From: Octopus sinensis
Lineage: Eukaryota
Direction of reading: 5' to 3'
NCBI RefSeq assembly: GCF_006345805.1
Contig: NC_043001.1
Location: 62,992,001 to 63,056,000, forward strand
DNA: 64,000 bases
The position numbers and the translations under genes are program-made. Each line of letters opens with the position of its first letter. Position 1 is the stretch's first letter. The notes below the pieces were generated by a model. The model saw only the letters and a program-made list of their open reading frames with translations. It had not been told where the DNA came from and made no database searches. Below, piece by piece: positions 24,768 through 38,007 of this stretch.

Positions 24768-24968
24768 TTCTATTACAGGCACAAGGCCTGAGATGTTTTA
24801 GAGGATGAGCTAGTAGATTGAACAACCCCACTGATCAACTGGTATTTATTTCATTGACCTCAAATGGATGAAAGGCAAAGATGACCTCAATAGAATTTGA
24901 GGTTAGAACATAAAGATGGACTAAAAGCCACCAGACATTTTGCCCAACAGTTCTGCCAGCTTACCACC
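24768..24968 (-). mobile_element. SINE (family A)
   Basis: Ends ...TTCTGCCAGCTTACCACCTT on +; its 5' end abuts the piggyBac TTAA. Confidence 0.7.
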
Positions 24969-24972
24969 TTAA

Positions 24973-26058
24973 CCCTTTCGTTACTATATTTCTGACCAAA
25001 ATACACCCCTTATATGTTTCAATTAATTTCTAACATAATCATAAATTTAGTCTGGTTTCATTAAACAAATATAACTTTTTTATTTATCAATATATTAATG
25101 TGATTTTTGGAAGATAATTTAATGAAATGTTCTCAACCAATTCTATTCTATAATTTTTGTCACAAAGTGACTCTAATTGCAGGTAGATACAGGTAAATTC
25201 AACAAAATATAAATTTATAAAAATTTTGTTCAAACATCGCTATAGAAAATGGGTTATTAGCTAATATTCAATTGGGTATACAACAAAATTTTACGATAGA
25301 ATTTGTTATTCTGGGTAACTTTCTGATACCCATAATAATATTTATGGCAAAATAGTCTTAATTTCATTTAAGGTTGTGGGAAACCACTAACTATCCTTTC
25401 TTTCGCTTTGTTTACATTTAGCGTAACGGTTTGTTTCTGCCGTAATGATTTCAAATAGGCTCATTCGAAAAAGTAAAAAGAAATAGTCTAAGGCTTTACT
25501 CTCCTAGGAAAGTCTGTGGCTTGGTCCAGTTTCTTCAGAAAAATCACCGAAAGAAACGGTTTTTAAATTTTCACTCTATTCAGGTGCCAATTCATTTTCT
25601 TTATCGCTGTCGGAGCTCCCGGATTCACTGTGTTCACTTTCAGAAAATGAAACATCAGATTCATTATCAAATACCACATGCTTTTTTTTTTCAGTCATAG
25701 AGTTAGATTTATCAAGGTCTTCAGTAGAAAATCCTTCAAATTCTGACTCGCTGCTTGATATAATGAAATTCGTATCCATTTTTTGTCAGAACTACAAATT
25801 TTGAAAACACAATAGGAACAAATTTCGGAAAAAAACATCCCAAAATTCACAGAATTAAAATTACACTTCGATTGTTGTACAAAACTGTAGATGGACTGTT
25901 TACGAAGTATAATATGTGTTTTCACGAATGTAATAAAGAGATTTGCTCTGATATTCTCATTTAAATATGAATAGGTAAATACAGGCGGGTTTGGGCTGTT
26001 TGGTCACATTAACAAAGATTTTTTTCGGGCGGCTTTGGGCGGTTTGGTAACGAAAGGA
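24973..26058 (-). mobile_element. Non-autonomous piggyBac-like element
   Basis: TTAA-CCCTTTCGTTAC ... GTAACGAAAGGA-TTAA. Internal ORF 25576-25779 (-) is an acidic Ser/Glu/Asp-rich peptide like piggyBac transposase N-termini, with no DDD core. Confidence 0.8.
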
Positions 26059-26087
26059 TTAATAATATAATAAAAATAGTAATAATA

Positions 26088-26292
26088 ATTCTTTCTACAA
26101 TAGGCACTTGGTCTAAAATTTTTGTGGAGGGGTTAGTCAATTACATCAACCTTAGCACTCAACTGATACTTGTGTTATCAACCCTGAAAGGATGAAAAGT
26201 AAAGTAGACTTCTGCTGAATGTGAACTCAGAACACAAAGCTAGGAGAAATGTTACTAAGGATTTTGTCAGGCATGCCAGCTTACTGCCTTAA
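26088..26292 (-). mobile_element. SINE (family A)
   Basis: aattctttctacaataggcac...gaactcagaac...gccagcttactgcctt. Confidence 0.75.
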
Positions 26293-26524
26293 AAATAATA
26301 ACCATAAAGGTTCCTGATTTAGGCACTAGGTCAGTATTTTTAAGGAGAGAGGGTTAGATACCATTGACCTCAGTATTTTACTAGTACTTTATAGATTCCT
26401 AAACAGATGGAAGACATAGTTCGCTTTGTTGGGACTGGAACTCAGAATATAAAGAGTGAGAATAGATACTGCAAAGCATTTTCCTCAACTCTGTATTGAT
26501 CCAACACTACTAATCTATCTATTC

Positions 26525-26712
26525 TTTTACTCTTACTTGTTTCAGTCATTTGACGGTGGCCATGCTGGAGCACCGCCTTTAGTCGAGCAAACCAACCTCC
26601 AGGACTTATTCTTTGTAAGCCTAGTACTTATTCTATTGGTCTCTTTTGCTGAACCACTAAGTTACAGGGTTGTCAAGCGATGTTGGGGGGACAAACACAG
26701 ACACACAAACAT

Positions 26713-26743
<31 letters not shown>

Positions 26744-26842
26744 CATATATATGACGGGCTTAGGCTATAGTAGAAGACACTGCAAGGTGCCATGCAGTGG
26801 TACTGAACCTGGAACCATGTGGTTTGTAAGCAAGCTACTTTA
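26525..26842 (-). mobile_element. tRNA-derived SINE (family B)
   Basis: Collinear with 3380-3747. Confidence 0.8.
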
Positions 26843-27149
26843 TTTCAAAAGTTTTCCATACAGGCATAACACAGAGGGAGTAGCTTGCGGGCTGGACAAA
26901 AACAATTGATGAGATGAGTGATGAAAAAGGCTGATATTGATGGGAGAAGACAAAAGACACCCACTGATCTTTTGCTTCTCTAAAACACTGTTCTTTTTTC
27001 TTTTTTTCTTTTTTTCTCTTTATAAAAACATTTCATGACTTATTACATTATAATAACAGACAAAACATAAATCATATATTGAGGTGCTAAGATCTTGCTG
27101 TCTGCAGGCAATCCTGCAGCAGCAAGTTGGGGACCCAGAAAAGATAGTT

Positions 27150-30100
27150 ATGATTGATTGATTGATTGATTCTAGTTTCAGCTTATGAGCTGTGGCCATG
27201 CTGGGGCACCGCCATTTGGTGTTGCTACTTGGTTTTACTTCACGAAAGCTTTTTAGCAACTGCTATTTGGTGCATGAGAGAGTTCGATGCAGCTGCCCTC
27301 ATCTGCACCTCCTGCCGTGAAGTTGGTTCATCTGGGACACCTGACAGGAAGAGATCCAGTTTCATTTTAAAGACATCTGCATCCACCCCATGCAGGTCTC
27401 TCAGGTTCTTCGGGAGGATATTGAAGAGCTGTGGGCCATGGAAGCCCAGGCTATCACAGAATCTTGTCCTACATCTTGATGGCAAACTTGGAGTCCTAGG
27501 CACCACGCAGTGGCGCCCAGTTCTGGCATTTGCGTAACTCTCGATGCCAAAGTTTAGGACACGTCCCTCCAGGATCTTCCAGATGTATATTATGGCATAT
27601 CTTTCCCGCCTACGCTCCAGAGAAAACAATTTTAATCTCTTGAGTCTTTCCCAGTAGCTTACATTCTGCATAGAGGCTATCTTCTTCGTGTAGCTGCGTT
27701 GGATCGCCTCGAGCTCTGTGATCAACTTGACACTGGATGGTGACCATAACTGAGAGCAGTAGTCAAAGTGGCTTAGGACAAGTGTCCTCCAGAGGACCAT
27801 CATGGTTTCTTGTTCTCTTGTTCTAAAGGTTCTGAGGATCCATCCGGCCAGTCGTCTACATTTCATTGCCAATTTAGCAACATGTACACGAAAGGTCGCG
27901 TCATCACTCGTGTAAATACCTAGGTCATGCACTGATTGTGCCTCTGGGATTGCTATTCCTCCGGGTCCAGTGTATTCATTGGGTATTGCATTTAGTTTTG
28001 CATGCTGATAGTATGAAGCTTGAAACTTTTCAGCATTGAACTGCATGCTATTCTTTTCAGCCCACTTGTATATTTTGTCCAGCTCACATTGCAGGCATTT
28101 AGTGTCCTCAGGGTTCTGTATTGCTTGTGAAACTTTTGTATCATCTGCATAACTTGTGATCGTGGCTCTCTGCGTGGCTGAGGGCATGTCTGAGAAGGCC
28201 ATTATGAACAGTAGTGGTCCCAGAACAGTGCCCTGCGGGACACCGCTCACTATTTGCGTGTTAATGGAAGTGGCCCCATTGGCTACTACCACCTGACTTC
28301 TATCTTTCAGAAAGTCATGAAGCCATTCTCCCAGTTTTCCAACTATGTTGAGATCACGCAGTTTGTGACATTACTTTCCCTATTTGAATGTACAGATACA
28401 GTACCAATATCAATTCCTTTATCAAAGGCCTTTGCAAAGTCGAGATATATCACTTCCACATCTGAGTGGTTGAGCAGCTGTTTCAGCACCCAGTCATAGT
28501 GCTGCAGGAGCTGAGTTAAACAGCTTCTCCCTGGTCGGAAACCATGTTGGGTGTCTGGCAGCAAGTCATTCTCTTCAAGGAAGGTGATCAGTTTCCTTCT
28601 GACTATTCGTTCCATGACCTTGCTGATGTGTGAGGTCAGAGAGATAGGTCTGTAGTTCTTGGCCTCCGCTCTGCTACCTCCTTTATGAATGGGGCATATT
28701 TTACCTTCCTTTAGTTTTCTTGGAAGTTTGCCAGCTGCAAGGAAGCTCTGAAAGAGGAACTGCAGTGGTCTTGCTAGGACTCTCTTACATGCTTTTAGGA
28801 GGATTGCCGGGAATCCATCGGGGCCAGTAGCTGAGTCTGTTTTCATTTCATCTATAGCCTTGATTACATCGTCTTCCTTTATATCGATGTAATCTATCGT
28901 CGCCGCCTCTGATTTTATATCTGCAGTGGTAAAGAAGTCAGTTGGATTGGTGATTTGGAGATGACCAAGGGGTGGAGTGAAAACACTCTTGAATTGCTCA
29001 TTCAGTATTTCACTTACCCTCATTGGTTTTCCTGTAAGTGTGCCATCCTTTTCAAGGAGTGGCCCTATTCTACAGTGCACCGTAGCTGTTTCTTTGGCAT
29101 ACCTGTAGAAAGCTCTGGGGTTAGATTTTATGTTGTCTATAGCCCAGGCTTCTTTGTCTGCTCTTTCTTTTTCATGGGAGAGTTGCAGACATTTTTCAAT
29201 TTCCAACAGTTTTATTTTTATTTTTAGGCGGGACTTTTCACCGATTTGAAATTTTTGTACGCCGTCTCATTAAAATTTTCCTCTCTCTGGGGATTTTGTT
29301 CTTGTGTACAGTGGCCTTTCTCTCTGGGACGCATTTGTTGCATATGGCTTGCATTACAGACATGAATTGTTGAAGTTTCACGTCGATGTCTGGCGAGGAG
29401 AGACATTTAGGCCAGTTTTGTTTGAGGATCTCTTTCTCAATTTGTTTCCAGTTTGCCTTATGGTAGTTCAAGCTGGAAAGATTCTGAGGGTTTCTTGTAG
29501 GCTGCATGTCCGTGCTCTCTTTTGGCCCGTACATGGTCAGTTCTACCATGTTGTGATCCGAGAGTAGTGTCGGTGTCACTTTCACATTATGGATGAGATC
29601 CATGTCATTTGTGAAGCAGAGATCCAGTGTGTTATCTGCCCTGGTTGGTTGGAGTATTACCTGCTCCATGTACAGGGTGTTGATGAGGTTCAGGAGGGAC
29701 CTCGCCTGTCCTCGTTCACATCTTGTCCTTCCTGGGAGAGAAAGGCCCTCGGGCCATCTGACATTGGGTAGATTGAAGTCTCCCATAAGAAGTACACTTA
29801 TGTGTTGTTCTAATGTGATTAGTTATATTCTTCCTTCAAAAAGTAATCAATTATTCTTTAAAAATAACTCTCATCCATGACTTCTACAGCCACCTGTGGA
29901 GGTCAGTATGGACTATCCATGCAGATTGGGACCACCAGTTCCCGACCTTCAAAACTATCCACAAAGTTCTCTACGGCCCCTCCCTTGAGATAGAAGACCA
30001 CATATACTTCATTATTTTCACTGGGAGGGGCCACAGCCTCCTCTGCCAGTGGCACAATTCCCAACAACGAAGTTTCAGGACATGCTGGCAGAGCATTGCA

Positions 30101-31300
30101 AACTGCTGGCACCGTCCCATTCTTTTTTTTTTTTTCATTTTTATCTTTAACACAGGAGGGGTTGGCTCCTTCGCCTCAACCGGAGCAACATCATCTCCTC
30201 CTGCCACTCCAGGATCCTTCGGTGAGCAACCATTGATGAAACCTGGTGGGGGGGGGGGGGGCGACTCTCAAGAATCACTGGGTACCTGCACCCGGCCATC
30301 CTCAAAATATCTGGAAAAACTAGATCATTGGCTGGTTGGGTTCACAGTGTCAAAACTGCTCTTGACCCCACCCAATCAGCTGCAGGCAACACTTTAACAT
30401 TAATGAGCTTGGCTCTGCTGCCATCCAGACCCCAGCAGATAGTGTCTTCTATCCACTCGAGTTCTATTCTGGGTGGCAGCCCACAAACCCAAGCTCTTGT
30501 TAATTTCTTCCCACCATATGTGGTAAGAAACAGAATTTTTTGCCCTTCTAAGGGCTGGCTTGCAAAATTGCGAGCCTCCTCAGGAGTGTCAAAACCACAC
30601 CATTGCATACTTGACACCCCTTGCAATAAGCTTAATAGTTGGCAGATATTCTGCCAACTCTTTCTCTATCTCAATTTGAGGGAATACTGTAATGGTGTCG
30701 AGAGAAAATAAGTTCTCAACTCCACGTTTCTCTCTTTGAAATGTTTCAACCACTGCCTCGGAGGCACAATTTCCCAATCTAAAGCAGCTTTTTTGCCATG
30801 TTTGCAGAAAAAGAAAATTAAATAGTTCAAAATAAACAGTCTAACTCAGTCAAAAATAAATAAAAGAGCAGAAAGACAGCGCAGAGAAAAAGAAGGATGG
30901 AAGACAGTTCAAATCACAGCAAATACACTTCCTGCCTCTAGTAGTCCTGGCCAACAGGTTTTCCACAAATTGGTACTCCAATCAGGTACTCCAGGTTCAG
31001 AAGCAGGAACACAGAAAAATCTCACACGAATTGGTAGAAAATTTTATAAAATTTGCACAAATTTTGGTGGCAAGACACACTCCCAAACAACACTTCTCAT
31101 AATGAGAAAAAAAAATTCACTTTAATGTGAACAGTCTTAGCCCAACTGCAGGCAGACTAGATTCCAGAATCCAGTGAGGACTCCTTGCTTGTAAAAAATA
31201 TTACCTCAAACAACAAACCCCCACTGGACCCAAAAAACAAAAGCCTTACCTTACAGCTGAGCTACTTTTTCACTGGTTGTACACAGGTGGCTATCTCCTT
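27150..31300 (-). mobile_element. LINE (CR1/L2-group or Proto2-like), copy 1, with ORF1-like region and EN+RT ORF2
   Basis: ORF2 pieces MGDFNLP, DNTLDLCF, SDHNMV, NYRPISLTS, QHGFRPGRSC, GVPQGTVLGPLLF, SYADDT, LERRRERYAIIYIWKILEG; ORF1-like pieces at 30342-30777; (ATCA)n tail at about 27150-27172; 5' limit approximate. Confidence 0.88.
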
Positions 31301-31399
31301 CAGTGATACGCACAACACAATAACGCATGCTCACACTGACAGCAAACAACTCATGCGCAGTGGGAAGTAAGCAAGGTACTACCACACAGCCACTCCTAT

Positions 31400-31423
31400 G
31401 CCTATCTATCTATCTATATATAT

Positions 31424-31474
<51 letters not shown>

Positions 31475-33830
31475 ATATGTATATATGTGTATATGTATAT
31501 GTATATATGTGTATATGTATATGTATATATGTATATATATATGTGTATATATGTATGTATATATATATATGTATGTATATATATATGTATGTATATGTGT
31601 GTATATATGTGTATATATGTATATATATGTGTGTATATATGTATATATATGTGTGTATATATGTATATATATGTGTGTATATATGTATATATATGTGTGT
31701 ATATATGTATATATGTGTGTATATATGTATATATATGTGTATATATGTGTATATATATGTGTATATATATGTGTATATATATGTATATATATGTGTATAT
31801 ATATGTGTATATATGTATATATATGTGTATATATGTATATATATGTATATATATGTGTGTATATATGTATATATGTGTGTATATATGTATATATATGTGT
31901 GTATATATGTATATATATGTGTGTATATATGTATATATATGTGTGTATATATGTATATATATGTGTGTATATATGTATATATATGTGTGTATATATGTAT
32001 ATATATGTGTGTATATATGTATATATATGTGTGTATATATGTATATATATGTATATATATGTGTGTATATATGTATATATATGTATATATATGTGTGTAT
32101 ATATGTATATATATGTTCTATATATGTGTTGTATATATGATAATATGTGTGTATATATGTATATATATGTGTGTATATAGTAATATATATGTATATATTT
32201 ATATTATATGTATATATATATGTTATGTATATATTTATGATTTATATATATGTATATATATATGTATTATATTATAATATGTAGTTATATATATGTATAT
32301 ATTTATATATATTTATATATTTATTATATGTATATATATATGTATATATATATATATGTATATATATGTATATTTTAGATATATGTATATATATATGTAT
32401 TATATTTTATATATGTATATATATATGTATATATTATATATAGGATATATATATGTATATATATATGTATATATTTATATATATGTATATATATGTATTA
32501 TTTATATATATGTATATATTTATATATATGTATATATTTATATATATGTATATATTTATATATGTATATATTTATATATATGTATATATTTATATATATG
32601 ATATATTTTATATATGTATATATATATGTATTATGTATATGTATATATTATATATATGTATATATTTATATATAGGTTATATATGTATATATATATGTAT
32701 ATATATATGTATATAGATATGTATATATTTATATATATGTAATATATGTATTATATATGTATATATATGTATATATATATGTATATATATATGTATATAT
32801 ATATGTATATATATATGATATATATATATGTAATATATATGTATATAGTATATGTAATATATATGTATATAATGTACTATATATGTATATATGTATATAT
32901 ATGTATATATATATGTATATATATATGTATATTATATGTTATATATATATGTATAATATATGTATATATATATGTATATATATATATGTATATATATATG
33001 TATGTATATATTTATATATATGTTATATTTATATGTATGTATATATTTATATATATGTATATATTTATATATATGTATATATTTATATATAATGTATATA
33101 TTTATATGTATGTATATATTTATATATATGTATATATTTATATATATGTATATATTTATATATATGTATATATTTATAGTATGTAATATTTATAATATGT
33201 TTATTATATATATTATATATATGATATATTTATATATATGTTATATTTATATAGATGTATATATTATATATATGTATATATTTATATATGTATATATTTA
33301 TATATAGTATATATTATGTATATATATGTATATATATATGTATATATTTATATATATGTAATTATATATATATGATATGTATATATATATGTATATATTT
33401 AATATATGTATATATTTATATATATGTATATATTTATATATATGTATATATATATGTATATATTATATATGTATATATATATGTATATATTTATATATAT
33501 GTATATATATATGTATATATTTATATATATGTATATATATATGTATATATTTATATATATGTATATATATATGTATATATTTATATATATGTATATATAT
33601 ATGTATATATTATATATATGTATATATATATGTATATATTTATATATATATATATATATGTATATATTTATATATAGTATTAATATATGTATATATTTAT
33701 ATATATGTATATTATATGTATATATTTATATATATGTATATATATATGTATATATTTATATATATGAATATATGTATATATTTATATATATATGTATATA
33801 TGTGTATATATATATGTATATATTTACTGT
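31400..33830. repeat. 2.4-kb compound (TA)/(TATG)/(TG) microsatellite
   Basis: Nearly only A, T and G on +; local higher-order units such as GTGTGTATATATGTATATATAT and GTATATATTTATATATAT. Confidence 0.97.
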
Positions 33831-33936
33831 AAATTTAGTGTGAATACTTGATAAGTGTAAGCACCTGTATATGCCAGATAGTGGCAGAGGTGAGAGAGAG
33901 TATATCGAATAAAATTAAAAACAGAACACAGATATC

Positions 33937-34027
33937 GCGGTACACGTGTTTCAAGCTTTATAAACAATCTGTTCTTACATCTGTGTATAATTGATATAAA
34001 AGATGGTTTAAAGCTCTCTTCAGCCGC
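33937..34027 (-). ncRNA. Type I hammerhead ribozyme motif (Penelope-type, palindromic stem III)
   Basis: Minus strand: GCGG-CTGAAGA-GAGCTTTA...TAAAGCTT-GAAA-CACGTG-T-A-CCGC. Stem I GCGG/CCGC, GUA cleavage triplet. Confidence 0.75.
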
Positions 34028-34719
34028 AAACATTGTTATTCCAAAGAGTTACATCACACTATAAAAAATATGAAAAGTACATGTATATTACCCATTATAA
34101 TAGGTATATCATATCTCCCTGAGAAAGTGTATTTGTAAAATGTCCTAACTGTATAAATGTATAAAGATTCATTGGATTTCGAAAATCTGCCCATATTCTA
34201 TCACCAGTCAACATAGAGTGAATGTTAAATAGATTGGAATGGGTTTATATTCAATTCTCTTGTATAAGATAGGGAGGAAAATAAGATAGAAAGAAAAAAA
34301 GAAAACTAGAGGGAAAAGAAAATAGAAAGAAAAAAAACGTTAAAAAATAAAAGATAAGAAATAAGAGGCAAGGGCATTGGAAGTAAAAAAACAATGGAAG
34401 CAAAAGACAAGGGTAATAAAAGCAAAAAATAGTAAAAAAAAGTAAAAAATAAGGATAATAAAGTTAGAACCACATATAAATAAGAATTAGCCAAATAAGA
34501 ATAAAGTGACAAAAAACATAAAAAATAATAAATACAAAAGAATTGAGACTATAAGGTAGGGTAAGAGATAAAGAGATAAGATACTAAAAGGGCTGAGAAT
34601 AAGATTTTGGCTTGGATAGGGTGGTAGTGGTCATAAATAACTTAATTTCAAAGTTGTAATTTGATATTGTGGTGATGAATGGTCAGTTTACTACAAGTTA
34701 CTAGCTTTATAAGTTTATA

Positions 34720-34734
34720 GTATATGTATATGTG

Positions 34735-34765
<31 letters not shown>

Positions 34766-34963
34766 GTACTCATACACACATATATATATATAAGTATACC
34801 TCATTATGCACAGCATTAAAAACATGGAATTACACACACATCTCCACACATATCTACAGTTAAACCCTAGTAAATATATACATACACACAACCACACACA
34901 CATATCTTTATACACACATACACACACACATATACACACCCATATATACACACGTACACATGT

Positions 34964-35030
<67 letters not shown>
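34720..35030. repeat. (CA)n/(TA)n compound microsatellite
   Basis: Direct reading. Confidence 0.9.
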
Positions 35031-35399
35031 GAAAGAAGGTTTGAAAATGCAATTTAAAAGATGTTTATTTACTTTACCGGTTTCACTCTTTGGAAAAAGA
35101 TTGTCAAAAGTAACATGTGGAAGTTTGGTGGCATTAATTATTGGTTGTTGCAAATTGCTACATTACATATATATATACAGTCTTTGGTAACAGGGACATG
35201 TTAAGGACATAAAAAAGTTCAACAAGTTCCTTAAAATATTGGGCAAAAAAGATTACATAAATAATCGTTCTCAAGGACATACTTAAGATAGTTTCCAGAA
35301 GGAATTGATATTGGTACTGTATTCAAAAATACAGACCACAACTAAACATACTCTAACATACCCCCCCCCCCCAGGCACACATCCAGAACAAACACACAG

Positions 35400-35435
<36 letters not shown>

Positions 35436-36154
35436 CCCCATGTATACTATCCGCATACATTCATGCACTTAGATTCATGTATATACACACATACATTACA
35501 TCTTATAAGTGTCTATCTTGTTTTTGAGTACATAACAGTTATAATTTAATAATTAAATATTATTAGAACTAATAATGGTAGTAATCAAATTAATAACAAT
35601 AACCAATTTATTATTCCTACAGCTATGGTGTCTAACCACCGGGTTAACAACTTAGAGATAATGTGGAGTTTCCTTATGAACTGCAACTTTGAAATCTGCC
35701 ATGAGATCAAGTGGATATGCATTAGGTTGCATAATTTTCAGTTGCTCGAAAAATAATTCATGTGTCTATCTTATTTTATTCAGCAGTAATGCAAATAATG
35801 TGGAAAACTGCTACCTTGTACATGGATGCTAAACAGTTGAAACCACTGTCGAACAAAAAGACATAGCACCTGTGCATGATGATTTATAGTGGGGAAAGGA
35901 TTTGCACAAATCCAACCCCACTCTCTGAACATGGACAACATAAATTCAAAAAGAACTAGACTACATCATCAAATATTGTCAGTGTCACAGGTTTTCTCTC
36001 AGTTTCCCTCTCCTAGAGAGATGTGACAGCAGAGGGGCCTTCCACTCCCAGTAGGTCAACTGTGCACCTGGACACCAACCCAGGTATTTCCACGTCCCCA
36101 TGCATATATACACATATTGTTGGATAGCCATTGACTACTCATGAGCTCTTCTGC

Positions 36155-36465
36155 CCTTATTTTGACAGGTCTTCTGACAGGTCTTATTTTTCGTTCTGCA
36201 GGGTGTCAAACAATCATCGTCCTCACCAGGCAAGCTTGATGGGGTTGCTAGTTTAGTTGCTGACATCCCGACCATGCAACAGGTTCTACTGGGTTACCTG
36301 TAGTACGCAAAAGCCATCTTTCATACCACTGGTAGCATGTAACCCAATACTACCTGTTGCATGGTCGGGTCGTTGGTGACTAAACTGGCAACTTCATCAA
36401 GCTTGCTTGGTGAGTGGGGGTGATTGTTGGACACCCTGCAGGACAAAATATGACCTGTCAAAGGG
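36155..36465. mobile_element. Fold-back (hairpin) MITE-like element
   Basis: About 120-bp imperfect inverted arms (36175-36297 vs 36339-36460) around a ~40-bp spacer. Confidence 0.75.
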
Positions 36466-36671
36466 TGAAAGACATACATACATTCATACATACATGCCTG
36501 TGTGTATATAAATGTCCATGAATGTATGTGTGTGTGTGGTGTGTATGTGTGTATAAATGTACATGAAAGCCATTTAAGAGACACACAAAACTGTTAGATT
36601 CACTTCAACATTTAAATTTAATTTGTCAAAATATTTTCATCGCTTTGATACCGTGACCTATTCACTGATAA

Positions 36672-37181
36672 TTGTGTAAGGCATTCAAGAAAATCCTGCA
36701 CACAACTGGCCTTAAGATCAAGGTTGTAGAAAAGACAGGTAGGTCTATCAAATCTGTATTATGTAGATCATATCCATTTGATAGATTCACATGTCAAAAT
36801 AATTGTGCAGCATGTTCTACAAACCCACATGTGAACTGCAAAACCAAGAGCACTGTATACCAAATTAAGTGCCAAGAAGGAGCTTGCGCGACTAACCCAG
36901 AGTCATACATAGGTGAGACTTCTAGGAGTATCAATAGGTTCAAAGAACACCTGGACAACTACATTGAAAAGAAACAAAACTCCATCTTCTATCAGCATAC
37001 TGTAGACTGCCACAAGGCCTCCTTAGGGAGACTTAAATTAAACATCTTATCCACACATCCCACTGATGCAATGCTGAGACAGGTCACTGAAGCTGTTTGT
37101 ATACAGGAATACAAACCCACTCTCAACCGAAAATCCGAATGGGGTAACATCCAGATTCCACTCGGGAGTACCATTCTATAA
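36672..37181 (+). pseudogene. Penelope-like element GIY-YIG endonuclease fragment with Cys-rich linker
   Basis: C..NCAAC...NCKTKSTVYQIKC...YIGETSRS..RFKEH...HTVDCH...RQVTEAVCI...PTLN. Confidence 0.85.
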
Positions 37182-37530
37182 CCACCCCTCTCTCTCTCTC
37201 TCATATAGTAATCCATGCATACATGTTGAAATGCATGGTACTAAAATGCATATATGCAGTACGAGTGTACATTGTTTGATATGTATGTACGGTATTTGTA
37301 GATGTATATGTGTGTATATGTGTGTTGTGTGTTGCGTTTGTTAGTGTATAAGTATGTACATGCATGCACATATGAGTATGTGTAAATATATATATGTATT
37401 ATATATGTATGCATGTAAAAATAAAAAATAAAAAAAAGGATAATTAGAATAAAATAAAGCAAGTTTGAATTTTAACCTTTGTCCCTGAAAAGAGTGTCAT
37501 GTATATGCATGTGTGTGTGTGTATGTATAC

Positions 37531-37578
<48 letters not shown>

Positions 37579-38007
37579 ATGTAGAGATGGATGAGTGTAT
37601 ATGTGTGTATACTTTATGATTATACATATATTTGTAAGTATGTGTAAGTGTCTATATGATTGTGTGTACTTGTATATATGTATAAGGTTATATGTGCATA
37701 TATGTATCCAAGACATTACACACACACACGTGTGTGTGTATGATGTGTAACTCCTGTAGTGTTAAGCAAATGAAGACAACTTATGTCCTGGATAATCTGC
37801 TGGTCTTTTATAAATAGATTCTTTTCACAGCTGACATAGATAAAACCTATTCTCTATTGATGTAAACTAAAATAGTTTTATTATTTTGTTCCAAAATGCA
37901 ATAAAATGTTTTCATTAGTGTATAAATCTAAAGCCCTAAATTTATACTTGATTCACTAAACCAGTTTTATATCTTTTCTGTTACTACTAGTTTTCAGTGA
38001 CATTATA

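Noticed and set aside
31327-33843. Long ORFs of Y/I/C/M/V (up to 316 aa)
   Set aside because: Translations of (TA)/(TG) microsatellite, which lacks stop codons by composition
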